From: Candidatus Velthaea sp.
Lineage (GTDB): Bacteria > Vulcanimicrobiota > Vulcanimicrobiia > Vulcanimicrobiales > Vulcanimicrobiaceae
Length of the DNA stretch: 41,714 bases
Assembly: GCA_050012475.1 (NCBI GenBank)
Contig: JBEKHC010000058.1
Coordinates: forward strand, 1-41,714
Reading direction: 5' to 3'
A program made the position numbers and the translations under genes. Shown piece after piece: positions 7,868 through 16,524 of the stretch (its first letter is position 1; each line of letters starts with the position of its first letter). Under the pieces are notes generated by a model. It was not told the origin of the DNA. It made no database searches and saw only the letters and a program-made list of their open reading frames with translations.

Positions 7868-9775
7868 TTACGCGGGCGCGGCGTCCTTGGCGTACCCTTT
7901 GGTGTGGAGCGCATCCGCGACTTCGGTGAGGATCCCCGCGTCCTCGATCGTGGGCGGCACGCGGAACGGTTCCGCGTCGGCGATCTTCTGCATCGTTCCG
8001 CGCAGAATCTTGCCCGACCGCGTCTTCGGGAGATGCTCCAAAACGATCGCTTCTTTCAGGCTCGCGATCGCGCCGATCTGTTCGCGCACCAAGCGGGCGA
8101 CGTCCTTGGTGATGTCGTCATGGGTGTGGGTGACGTTCGCCTTGAGCACGATGAAGGCGAGCGGCACTTGGCCCTTGAGGTCGTCGTGGACGCCGATGCA
8201 GGCACACTCCGCAACGTCGGGATGATTGGCCAGCACCTCTTCGATCGCTCCCGTTGACAAGCGATGGCCGGCAACGTTGATCACGTCGTCGGTCCGCGTC
8301 ATCACGTACACGTACCCGTCTTCGTCGATGTACCCCGCGTCGCCGGAGGCATAGAAGCCCGGAAACGCCGTGAGATACGATTTCACGAAGCGGTCGTCGG
8401 CTTGCCAAAGTGTCGGCAAAGCTCCCGGCGGCAGCGGTAATTTCAGCGCCAGCGACCCGATTTCGCCGTCCTTGACGGGCTCGCCGATCTCGTCGAGAAC
8501 GTGCAGGTTCCAGCCCGGAACCGCTTTGGTCGGCGAGCCGCGCTTGACGGGGAAGAGCTCGATGCCCACGCAGTTGGCGGCAATCGCCCAACCGGTTTCC
8601 GTCTGCCACCAATGATCGATCACCGGGATCGCCAGCATCTCTTCGGCCCACGCGATCGTCGCCGGATCCGCGCGTTCACCGGCTAAAAACAGCGTGCGCA
8701 GCTTCGAGAGATCGTACTTGCGCATCAAATCGCCGTCGGGATCGTCGCGCCGGATCGCGCGAAACGCGGTCGGCGCCGTGAAAAGCACGTCGACGCCGTG
8801 CTGTTCGATGACGCGCCAAAACGCGCCGGCATCCGGTGTCCCGACCGGCTTGCCTTCGTACAAAATCGTCGTGCAGCCGTGGAGCAAGGGGGCGTAGACG
8901 ATGTACGAGTGTCCGACGACCCAGCCCACGTCGGACGCGGCCCAATAGACTTCGCCCGGATCGACGTTATAGATGTTCTTCATCGACCATTTCAACGCCA
9001 CCGCGTACCCGCCGGCATCGTGAATGACGCCTTTGGGCATCCCCGTCGTCCCCGACGTGTAGAGGATGTACAGTGGATCGGTCGCGTCGACCGCCACGCA
9101 CTCGGCGGGCGCCGCTGCGGCGACGGCTTGGGCCCAATCGTAATCGCGGCCGGGGATCAAGTCAGCCTGCTGCTGCGGGCGCTGGAACATCAGCACCGCG
9201 TGCGGTTTGAACGTCGCGAGTTCGATCGCTTCGTCGACCATTTTCTTGTACGCGATAACGCGCTTGCCTTCGATGCCGCAGGAGGCCGATACGACAACCT
9301 TCGGCGTTGCGTCGTCGATCCGTGTTGCCAGCTCGGGGGCGGCGAAACCGCCGAACACCACCGAGTGAATCGCGCCCAAGCGCGCGCACGCGAGCATCGC
9401 CATCGCGGCCTGCGGAATCATCGGCATGTAGATGAGAACGCGGTCGCCCTTTTCGACGCCGAGCGCGCGCAGCGCACCGGCAACCTTGGCAACTTCATCG
9501 CGCAATTCGCGGAACGTCCAGGTTGCGGTGCTGCCCGTCACGGGGCTGTCGTGCACCAGCGCGCGCCGGTCGCCGTTTCCTTCATCGACGTGACGGTCGA
9601 GCGCGTTATAAGCGACGCTCAGCTTCCCTCCGGAAAACCAGCGATAGAACGGAAGCCGCGAATCGTCCAGCACGCGGTCCCAAGGCTTCTCCCAGACCAA
9701 CGCCTGGGCGGCTTCGCCCCAGAACCCGTCGGGATCGTCGAGCGAGCGACGATAAACCTGATCGTATCCAGCCAT
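7868..9775 (-). CDS. prpE: Propionyl-CoA synthetase (acetate/propionate-CoA ligase)
   Basis: YILYTSGTTGMPKG, SDVGWVVGHSYIVYAPL, DHWWQTETG, LPKTRSGKILR; start taken at MAGYDQ (9775). Confidence 0.85.
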   Translation of the reverse strand: MAGYDQVYRRSLDDPDGFWGEAAQALVWEKPWDRVLDDSRLPFYRWFSGGKLSVAYNALDRHVDEGNGDRRALVHDSPVTGSTATWTFRELRDEVAKVAGALRALGVEKGDRVLIYMPMIPQAAMAMLACARLGAIHSVVFGGFAAPELATRIDDATPKVVVSASCGIEGKRVIAYKKMVDEAIELATFKPHAVLMFQRPQQQADLIPGRDYDWAQAVAAAAPAECVAVDATDPLYILYTSGTTGMPKGVIHDAGGYAVALKWSMKNIYNVDPGEVYWAASDVGWVVGHSYIVYAPLLHGCTTILYEGKPVGTPDAGAFWRVIEQHGVDVLFTAPTAFRAIRRDDPDGDLMRKYDLSKLRTLFLAGERADPATIAWAEEMLAIPVIDHWWQTETGWAIAANCVGIELFPVKRGSPTKAVPGWNLHVLDEIGEPVKDGEIGSLALKLPLPPGALPTLWQADDRFVKSYLTAFPGFYASGDAGYIDEDGYVYVMTRTDDVINVAGHRLSTGAIEEVLANHPDVAECACIGVHDDLKGQVPLAFIVLKANVTHTHDDITKDVARLVREQIGAIASLKEAIVLEHLPKTRSGKILRGTMQKIADAEPFRVPPTIEDAGILTEVADALHTKGYAKDAAPA

Positions 9776-9941
9776 CAAATGTCCCCCCGGACTTCGTTTG
9801 CGTAGACGCGTAGAAAAAAAGCAAGCAAGTTGTAAGTGAGTCGGCTCCTTCCCTATCTTCCCTCGGCCTCCTTGCCGACGAGCCCGTAAGGTGAAACGGC
9901 GCCGTACCACGACGCGTTGGCGCTGCGCGGCCGGGCCCGAA

Positions 9942-10841
9942 TCAAACTTTGATGTAGTCGTGCTCCGAAATGTACGGTCCGCCGGCCGCGGCCTTGACGT
10001 GATAGGTCCCGTAATAGTGGCCCTTCGCCGCGGCGATCTCACACCCGACCGAAGCGTTCGAGGCGTCGAGCCGCGTTACTTTGAGCAACACGATCCGCGC
10101 GCTCGGATCGAGAAACGCCTGCTCGGAAAACGTGCCCTCGTTGCCCAACAGCGCCTTCGCGGTTTTCTCGTCGCCGCGAACGAGCGCCTCGATGTAGCGG
10201 CGGACCACGCCCGAGGCGCGCTCGTCGTAATCCGACGGCGCTTGCGACGCAACGGCCGCCGGCGCGGTGGACGCCGCGGACGAGGCCGGGCTCGCGGCCG
10301 GCACGGGCGTTTGCGTCGGCTCGGCAGCCGCCGGCTTCGGTGTGTTCGTTGCCGCCGCGACGACTGCGGCGGCCGGGGCCGGTTTGGCGGTGCGCACGGT
10401 CGGCTCGCGCACGGTCGATGCTGCGAACGGCGTCGGCTTACTGGTCGCTACGGGTTTGGGGGTCGGCGCAGCCGTGGCTCGTTGCGTCGGCTCCGTGCTT
10501 GGGGCAACCGACGGCTGGCCGGTCGGCGAAGCCGCTGCCGATGGAGACGCCGACGGGGATGGCGAGGGAGAAGGTTGCGGCGTATGCGGCGGCATCAAGG
10601 TGGCGATCGCAACAGGGGCCGGCAGGCGCGTGGGCGGAACGGGACGCGCCGGGGTGCTCGTCACGACCGCGACCGGCACCGGTTTCGTATTGTGTTGCAT
10701 CATTACCGCGACGAGGGCCCCGATCCCCAATCCGGCGATGACGACGCCCAATCCGATCGCAATCGTCGGCAGCCAACCCCCGCCTCCGCTACCGGAATTG
10801 GGAGCGTCGGGGTTGCGGCGGCGGCGTGGCGGAGTCGACAT
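9942..10841 (-). CDS. Membrane-anchored Pro/Ala/Thr-rich hypothetical protein
   Basis: N-terminal hydrophobic helix, long low-complexity linker, compact C-terminal domain (VVRRYIEAL...HDYIKV). Confidence 0.7.
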   Translation of the reverse strand: MSTPPRRRRNPDAPNSGSGGGGWLPTIAIGLGVVIAGLGIGALVAVMMQHNTKPVPVAVVTSTPARPVPPTRLPAPVAIATLMPPHTPQPSPSPSPSASPSAAASPTGQPSVAPSTEPTQRATAAPTPKPVATSKPTPFAASTVREPTVRTAKPAPAAAVVAAATNTPKPAAAEPTQTPVPAASPASSAASTAPAAVASQAPSDYDERASGVVRRYIEALVRGDEKTAKALLGNEGTFSEQAFLDPSARIVLLKVTRLDASNASVGCEIAAAKGHYYGTYHVKAAAGGPYISEHDYIKV

Positions 10842-10903
10842 CGCTGCGCGGGTTTCAACGTGGTCGGCAAGAGGCCTCGCTCGGCGGCGCGAATCGTCGG
10901 CGG

Positions 10904-11212
10904 ATGATCCGGGTCAGCGTGCCGATCGATCTCAATGCCGTCGTCTCGAACGCGTCGGCGGCATTCGCGTTGGCCACACCGCTGCGCTTGGCAGATATCG
11001 TCGCGACGGCCGTCGTGGTTTCGCTCGGCCGGCGAGCCCCGCAGGATAAGCGCGAACGTGCCGTGCGGCGCACGCTCGACGGCCTTCACGCGGGAGAGTT
11101 CGTCGTTGAAATCGACGGCCGTGTCTACAGCGATGCGCACGAGGTCGTCGTTTGCACCGGAGTCGTTGCGCTGCGGTTCTTCGCGCGCCGATCGTACCGG
11201 CACGCCGCCTAA
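10904..11212 (+). CDS. Hypothetical protein
   Basis: 102-aa ORF of protein-like composition filling the gap; divergent from the previous gene. Confidence 0.55.
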   Translation: MIRVSVPIDLNAVVSNASAAFALATPLRLADIVATAVVVSLGRRAPQDKRERAVRRTLDGLHAGEFVVEIDGRVYSDAHEVVVCTGVVALRFFARRSYRHAA

Positions 11213-11410
11213 TGGATTTGCCTCGGCTTCGCTCGAGTGGATCCGTCTGGGCTTCGCTCGACAGATCCATCGCGTTCGGCCCGCAGGGCCGAGCCGCCAT
11301 CTCGCTTACGCTCGATGATCCATCGCGTTCGGCTTCGCCCAGCCGGACGGTTCGGGCGTACCGAGCGAAGCCGAGGGCGCCCTTCGGGGCGAAGCCGAGG
11401 GCACCGATCC
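11213..11410. repeat. REP-like palindromic cluster
   Basis: GGCTTCGCTCGA twice, GATCCATCGCGTTCGGC twice, GCGAAGCCGAGGGC twice; shares motifs with 39564-39762. Confidence 0.75.
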
Positions 11411-11447
11411 CGTCGTCGCATGCCGGGCAAAGCCCCACACACTCCTG

Positions 11448-12188
11448 ATGCTCGACGAACGGCTGCCGCTGCCCGAGTCCGTCGGCGCGCTCACGCACAT
11501 CGCGCTGCGCGGCTATCGACGCCGCTTTCTGCTCTATTTCGGGACGGCGTTTGCGGGGTTGCTCTTCGAGGCCGGCATCGCGTATCTGCGGCCCGGCGAC
11601 ATCGGGTTTTTTTATGCCGGTTCGATCGTGGTCGACGCACTGCTGGCCGCGCTCGTTACGATCGGCGTGGTAGCCGACTTGCGCGATGGCGATCGGCCCA
11701 CGAACGGCGCCGTCGCGGGGCGCGCGTTCGGGCGCTGGGGCATCGTCGCCGCGGTGACGACGCTCGTCGACGTCGTTACTTTCTTTAGCAGCAACGCCGT
11801 GTTCGGCCCCCCCGAATCGACCGCCTACGGATTGCTCAGCTTGCCCATCATCGTGCTCTGGGGCAGCGTCGCCTTTGCCAGCGTGATTGCCGCAATCGAC
11901 GAAAAAACGGCACCGGCGACGCTCGTTTTGTCGAGCATCGGCCGCAGTATCGGGCTTGCGTTCGCCCGCCAGAATTTCGGCCGGCTAACGCTGTTGGCGA
12001 TCGTCGCCGTGGTTCCGATGCTCATCGAGGCCGTGCTTTCCGATCAGCTCGAGATGCGCAAAGTGGCGGCCTGGCAATTCATCGCCAACATCCCGATCGA
12101 CGCCCTGGTGACCGGTCCGCTGCAAGCCGTCTTCACCGTCTTCTATCTCGACTTCGTGCGCCGCACCTCAGGCCCGCGCCCAACGTAA
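11448..12188 (+). CDS. Multi-pass membrane hypothetical protein
   Basis: About six hydrophobic segments; ends VFTVFYLDFVRR. Confidence 0.75.
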   Translation: MLDERLPLPESVGALTHIALRGYRRRFLLYFGTAFAGLLFEAGIAYLRPGDIGFFYAGSIVVDALLAALVTIGVVADLRDGDRPTNGAVAGRAFGRWGIVAAVTTLVDVVTFFSSNAVFGPPESTAYGLLSLPIIVLWGSVAFASVIAAIDEKTAPATLVLSSIGRSIGLAFARQNFGRLTLLAIVAVVPMLIEAVLSDQLEMRKVAAWQFIANIPIDALVTGPLQAVFTVFYLDFVRRTSGPRPT

Positions 12189-12245
12189 CAGCAGGGTTGC
12201 GCCGCGCCCAACCCGTGGCGTTGGCGGCTGCGCGTCAGAGACTTT

Positions 12246-13505
12246 CTAGCGGCCGGTCATGTGAGGCTGCTGTTGGCGGCGCGCCATTACTAGCTCCGCG
12301 TACAGCGCGTTGGGCCAGGCGAAATCGGCGCGGGTGTACTGCTCGGGCCAGTTCACGTCGAACGATTCGTGCAGCCGGTGGTCGCCGACGTCCGACGCGG
12401 CAATGTACCCCAGCACCCGGCGCGCTTCGTCGTTGTCGGTCGCCGTGAGCGCCTGCACGCACAAGGCCAACGGCCAGATGTAACCGTGCGGCGTGTGCGG
12501 GCTGCCGACGCCGGCGGCGTAACGCCCGTGGAAATAATACGGGTTGCGTTCCGACAGCACGAACGCGCGCGTCGTTTTGTAGAGTGAGTTTCCGGCAGGC
12601 AAATAGCCGTAGTACGGAATCGACAGGAGCGAGGGAATGTTGGCGTCATCCATGACGTTCGCATGCCCCAAACCGTCGACTTCGTAGGCGTAGATCCGGC
12701 CCACGCCTTTGAGTTCGAGCGTGCCGTTTTGTTCGATCCCGCGCTGGATTTCGACCGACAGGCCCCATGCGTTCTCGGCCATCTTCCCGTCGTTCCAGGC
12801 CGCCCGCGCGATGTTCGTCAAATCGCGCATGACCACGACGGCGAACATGTTCTCGGGGATATTGAAGTGATAGCGCGCCGGATCGTCGGAAGGCCGGAAG
12901 CCCGTCCAGACCATGCCGGTATAACGCACCGCACTGCCGCGCCCGCCGTTGGCAAGCTGATCGTGGCGATACGTCGAGCGCCGCTCGTGATGCTGCTCGT
13001 CGTGCAGCACTTGCAGCACGCGCGCGAACGCACGCCGAACCTCGGGGGTAAAGATCGAGCTATCGTGCGTCTGCCGGTAATATGCAGCGGCGAACCAAAT
13101 CGGATACAGCAGCGAGTCGACCTCGAATTTGCGCTCGGCAACCGTATAGCGCGACGTAAACGCGTTCGCATACGGATCGATCAAGATGTACTTCGCCTGA
13201 CGCGCGACCACGCCGCGCAATTTCGCGGCCGTTTGCGCATCGTGCATCGAAAACCGGATATACGGCCGGACGATTGCGCTCGAGTCGCGCAGCCAGTCGG
13301 CGTTGATGTCGCCGGTCGAAACGTAGGTCGTCCCATCCCGCTGGGTGGTCGCGTGACGTCCGATCGCTTCGTCGAAAGCGGTAAGATACAGGCGATCGAG
13401 CGTCGCGGTGACGGCCGCCGACAACGCCTCGCCGGCATGCGCGGGCGCCGCGACGATGAACGTTGCGAAAAGCAGCGCGATTGTTAGGCTCAGTAGACGC
13501 TTCAC
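12246..13505 (-). CDS. Secreted glycoside hydrolase family 125 (exo-alpha-1,6-mannosidase-like)
   Basis: TGDINADWLRDS, IDPYANAF, ERKFEVDSL, FRPSDD, MDDANIPSLL, GSPHT, FAWPN; signal peptide from GTG13505. Confidence 0.9.
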   Translation of the reverse strand: MKRLLSLTIALLFATFIVAAPAHAGEALSAAVTATLDRLYLTAFDEAIGRHATTQRDGTTYVSTGDINADWLRDSSAIVRPYIRFSMHDAQTAAKLRGVVARQAKYILIDPYANAFTSRYTVAERKFEVDSLLYPIWFAAAYYRQTHDSSIFTPEVRRAFARVLQVLHDEQHHERRSTYRHDQLANGGRGSAVRYTGMVWTGFRPSDDPARYHFNIPENMFAVVVMRDLTNIARAAWNDGKMAENAWGLSVEIQRGIEQNGTLELKGVGRIYAYEVDGLGHANVMDDANIPSLLSIPYYGYLPAGNSLYKTTRAFVLSERNPYYFHGRYAAGVGSPHTPHGYIWPLALCVQALTATDNDEARRVLGYIAASDVGDHRLHESFDVNWPEQYTRADFAWPNALYAELVMARRQQQPHMTGR

Positions 13506-13588
13506 GTTGTTACGGTATCTATCGGCAGGTTTTCGTAGTACCATGAATGCGAAACGCAATCCGCGTTCGTTCCTCTCCGAGGCAACCG

Positions 13589-14371
13589 ATGACCGTCCGT
13601 CGCCGCGCAGCCGCCGGCTCCATCGCACTGCTGTTCTTCGTGGTTTGCGCGGCGGCGCTCGCTAAAGCCGACCAAAGCTATCGCGTTGATGGAAGCGATA
13701 CATATCAGATCGGCGGAACCGACGTTCGGAGCGAAATCGCCTATACCGGGACCCAGCAGCTCAGCGTCCGGCAGGCCGGGAAAGCCCGTCACTACGTGGC
13801 GCATGCCGAATACCTGCGGAACGACCAAGGCACGCACCAGCGGATCAACGCTTCCTTCGAGTCGACCATTCTGCCCAACGGCGAGCAAGAGGATGGGACC
13901 AACAACGATCCCGATTATCTCACCGTGCTCAACCAGCCCTTTGCCGTTCAGCTCGATGCTGCGACGATGCACGACCTTGGTCATCTCTCAGGCTCCGTCC
14001 CTTTTGACTTTCCGTCGCCTATGACAGGCGCACCACTCCATGGCACGCTGCGTCGCGTTGGTACCGGTACGCTCAACGGCGAGCCCGTTCTCGGCGTTGC
14101 ATTCGATGCTAACGGCCCACTGGACGGGGCCCTTCCTGACCACCCGAACTTGGCCCTTGCGGGCCGCATCCGGATGAATGGAACCGCGTACTACACCGAG
14201 GCGGGCGCGCTGCTCTTGGCCCTCGACGCAACACTGTCGATCAGCGGAAACGTCGTCGGCAATGCCCGCCGCGACCCGGTCGAGATCGTCTACAAGCGTT
14301 CGCTCAAAGCGCTGCCGGCTGGTTCCCAACTCGACACCTCGGGCGAGCCGAAACAAACCGCCAAGCCCTGA
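13589..14371 (+). CDS. Secreted hypothetical protein
   Basis: Signal peptide MTVRRRAAAGSIALLFFVVCAAALAKA followed by a beta-rich-looking body. Confidence 0.7.
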   Translation: MTVRRRAAAGSIALLFFVVCAAALAKADQSYRVDGSDTYQIGGTDVRSEIAYTGTQQLSVRQAGKARHYVAHAEYLRNDQGTHQRINASFESTILPNGEQEDGTNNDPDYLTVLNQPFAVQLDAATMHDLGHLSGSVPFDFPSPMTGAPLHGTLRRVGTGTLNGEPVLGVAFDANGPLDGALPDHPNLALAGRIRMNGTAYYTEAGALLLALDATLSISGNVVGNARRDPVEIVYKRSLKALPAGSQLDTSGEPKQTAKP

Positions 14372-14388
14372 GCAGGCAAGCGGTTCCT

Positions 14389-14528
14389 CGCCAACCGCCA
14401 ACCGCCAATCGCCACCCGCGGCTTGGCGCGAAGCGCTTAACGCCACCGCGGCTTGCGGCGCAGCCGCAAACGCCACCGCGGCTTGGCGCGAAGCGCCAAA
14501 CGCCAAGGGTTCGGGCAAGCCCGAACCC
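14389..14528. repeat. Heptamer run, three 30-bp hairpin tandem units and a final hairpin
   Basis: CGCCAAY x3 (14389-14409); CGCCACCGCGGCTTG-hairpin-AA units at 14410, 14441, 14471; GGGTTCGGGC-AA-GCCCGAACCC at 14507-14528. Confidence 0.85.
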
Positions 14529-14586
14529 AGGTGGGCCAAACATCCCAACCGAGACCCCGGAATCGGCGCGGCTGGGGACGAAGCGC

Positions 14587-14613
14587 GAAACCGTCGCACT
14601 TTGACCCTGGTCT
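14587..14613 (+). promoter_or_regulatory. Possible ECF-type autoregulatory promoter
   Basis: GAAACC-N17-GTCT ending 10 nt before the sigma ATG; fits the general AAC.../GTC ECF pattern. Confidence 0.3.
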
Positions 14614-14623
14614 TGGACCGAAG

Positions 14624-15298
14624 ATGAGTGCCCTTGCACCGATCCTTGGGGATTACCGTTTGACCGTTCCGGCGACGACGCCGGCGCCGGCGCGTTTGGC
14701 AAAAGGTACGCCGGCACCCGAGAACTTCGAGAAGGTCGTCGACGACTACCAGCGGCGGTTGTACGGCTTCGCTTTGCGCATGACGGGCAATCGCGAAGAC
14801 GCCGAAGAGATCGTCCAGGACGCATTCGTTCGCGCCTACCGTGCGCTGACGAAAATGGACGAGCAGCAGCGCGCCGAGCTGCGGCTGCAACCATGGCTCT
14901 ACACCATTACTCTTAATGTTACACGTAACCGGCTGCGTTCGAAGCGCCCCACGAACGTCGCGCTCGATTCGCTTGCCGATCCCGATGCGCTGCTCAACGA
15001 AACGCAAGAAGGACCCGATCAACCCGAACACATCGTCGATCGCGCCGCGGATATGGTGCTCGTCGAGCAAGCCTTGCTGTCGCTGCCCATGCACTTACGT
15101 GCCGCCGCGACACTGCGGTTCATCGAAGGCCGAAGCCATCCGGAGATTGCCGAGATATTGAATCAGCCGATCGGGACCGTCAAGTCGCACGTGCATCGCG
15201 CCGTGCGCATCCTGCGTCGTATCCTCGGTCCACAAGTCGGCCGTATCGTTGCGGCGGAAACCGATGATTCGAAGGAGTCCACCGATGCGGTGCTGTGA
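14624..15298 (+). CDS. ECF RNA polymerase sigma factor
   Basis: Region 2 LYGFALRMTGNREDAEEIVQDAFVRAY...WLYTITLN; region 4 EIAEILNQPIGTVKSHVHRA. Confidence 0.95.
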   Translation: MSALAPILGDYRLTVPATTPAPARLAKGTPAPENFEKVVDDYQRRLYGFALRMTGNREDAEEIVQDAFVRAYRALTKMDEQQRAELRLQPWLYTITLNVTRNRLRSKRPTNVALDSLADPDALLNETQEGPDQPEHIVDRAADMVLVEQALLSLPMHLRAAATLRFIEGRSHPEIAEILNQPIGTVKSHVHRAVRILRRILGPQVGRIVAAETDDSKESTDAVL

Positions 15299-16055
15299 TG
15301 TCGAAGCCCTTTGGGACGATTTGCGTGACGGCGGCGAAGTCAATCGCAAACACGTCCTGCTGCATCTGCGGTCGTGCCCGCCGTGCCAGCAGCTTTACGA
15401 ACAGTACGAAGGCATCGCCTACTGCCTGACGTGTCTGCCGATCGTCGAGCCGCCGCGCGATCTGGTGCCGAAGATCATCGAGCATATCGAGGCGACGGTG
15501 CGTTCGGCGCGTAAGCCTGATTGCGTCGCGAAGGTCGATTCGCCGGTCGGCAAGCTGTACATCGCTTTTCGGTCGACGGGGATAACGGCCGTCGCGTTGG
15601 ACCGCGGCGAAGGCGACGAGGTCGCGCACGAGCATATCTCGCGCCGCTTGCGGCGCGGCGTCGTCGCCGCGGCGGCCCCGGCCTGGGTCAGCGAAACGCT
15701 CAACGCGTTTTTCCGCACGCACTTGCCGGACTACGATCGCGTCGATATCTCCGATCTGAGTCCGTTCGAGCAGTCGGCGTTGCGTGCAGCGGCGCAGATT
15801 CCGCCCGGCGAAGTTCGTTCGTACGGTTGGATTGCCGAAAAAATCGGCGCGCCGAACGCTGCCAGCGCGGTCGGCCGCGTGATGGCGCGTAACCCGGTGC
15901 GCATGTTGTATCCGTGCCATCGCGTCGTCGACGCCGCCGGGCATCTGCACAACTACGGGTACGGCCTCGACGTCAAGGCGCGTATTCTTGAGTTGGAAGG
16001 TTTTGTCGGCACCGTGCAAGTGGCAGAAAAGGCACGCTCGACGCAGCAGGTTTAG
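15285..16055 (+). CDS. Zinc anti-sigma (ZAS/zf-HC2) domain fused to methylated-DNA-protein-cysteine methyltransferase (Ogt/AGT)
   Basis: AAGGAG RBS; C3-x23-H27-x3-C31-x2-C34; then DSPVGKL, IPPGEVRSYG, NP..LYPCHRVV, YGYGLDVKARILELEG; overlaps the sigma stop. Confidence 0.9.
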   Translation: MRCCDVEALWDDLRDGGEVNRKHVLLHLRSCPPCQQLYEQYEGIAYCLTCLPIVEPPRDLVPKIIEHIEATVRSARKPDCVAKVDSPVGKLYIAFRSTGITAVALDRGEGDEVAHEHISRRLRRGVVAAAAPAWVSETLNAFFRTHLPDYDRVDISDLSPFEQSALRAAAQIPPGEVRSYGWIAEKIGAPNAASAVGRVMARNPVRMLYPCHRVVDAAGHLHNYGYGLDVKARILELEGFVGTVQVAEKARSTQQV

Positions 16056-16111
16056 CGCGCAGCGATTCGCGAAAGAAGCTCTTCATACGACGTCCGCGGC
16101 TCCGCTAAACA

Positions 16112-16290
16112 CAGATGATCGGCGGTTAACAGACGGACAAGAGGAGGTGATCATCGTTACTTGCGACAGTTCCCAACACAGCCAGAAATCGATGATTGGA
16201 GGTGCGCAGACGTAGGGTCCGTCCCGAGGCTGCGCAGCTAGAGAAAACCCCGAGATCTTGTCCGCCGGCCGCCGTGGCCGGCTTTTTTTT
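16112..16290 (+). ncRNA. Candidate structured small RNA or leader (family not recognised); 5' end uncertain
   Basis: Intergenic, lower GC, several internal complementarities, two GGAGGTG tracts, ends in a clear intrinsic terminator. Confidence 0.45.
16264..16290 (+). terminator. Rho-independent terminator
   Basis: GCCGGCC-gccgt-GGCCGGC followed by T8. Confidence 0.9.
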
Positions 16291-16524
16291 GCCATCGATA
16301 CGAACGGCATTCGGCCAAAGGCCTTCGGGGCGATTGGGACGAAAAAGACATGTCGTGTCTGAGCGCGTCCTCTCGACGAGCTTCGAGCGGTTCGGTGATT
16401 GCCGTGAGATTGCAGCCCGCGAGCGGCACCCGTTCGCACGCTGGGCGGTTTGCATCGGCTGTCCCGCCCCGACCGATGCAGGCGTTGCTCCCGGCCAAGG
16501 CTTTTCCCGCGGTTTGCGATCCCT

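Noticed and set aside
14410..14505. CRISPR array
   Set aside because: The period is only 30 bp, the variable parts are short self-complementary hairpins that recur (A-B-A), and there are no cas genes
16142..16152. 16S rRNA gene 3' end on the minus strand
   Set aside because: The match is limited to the 11-nt anti-SD complement; adjacent sequence does not continue as 16S
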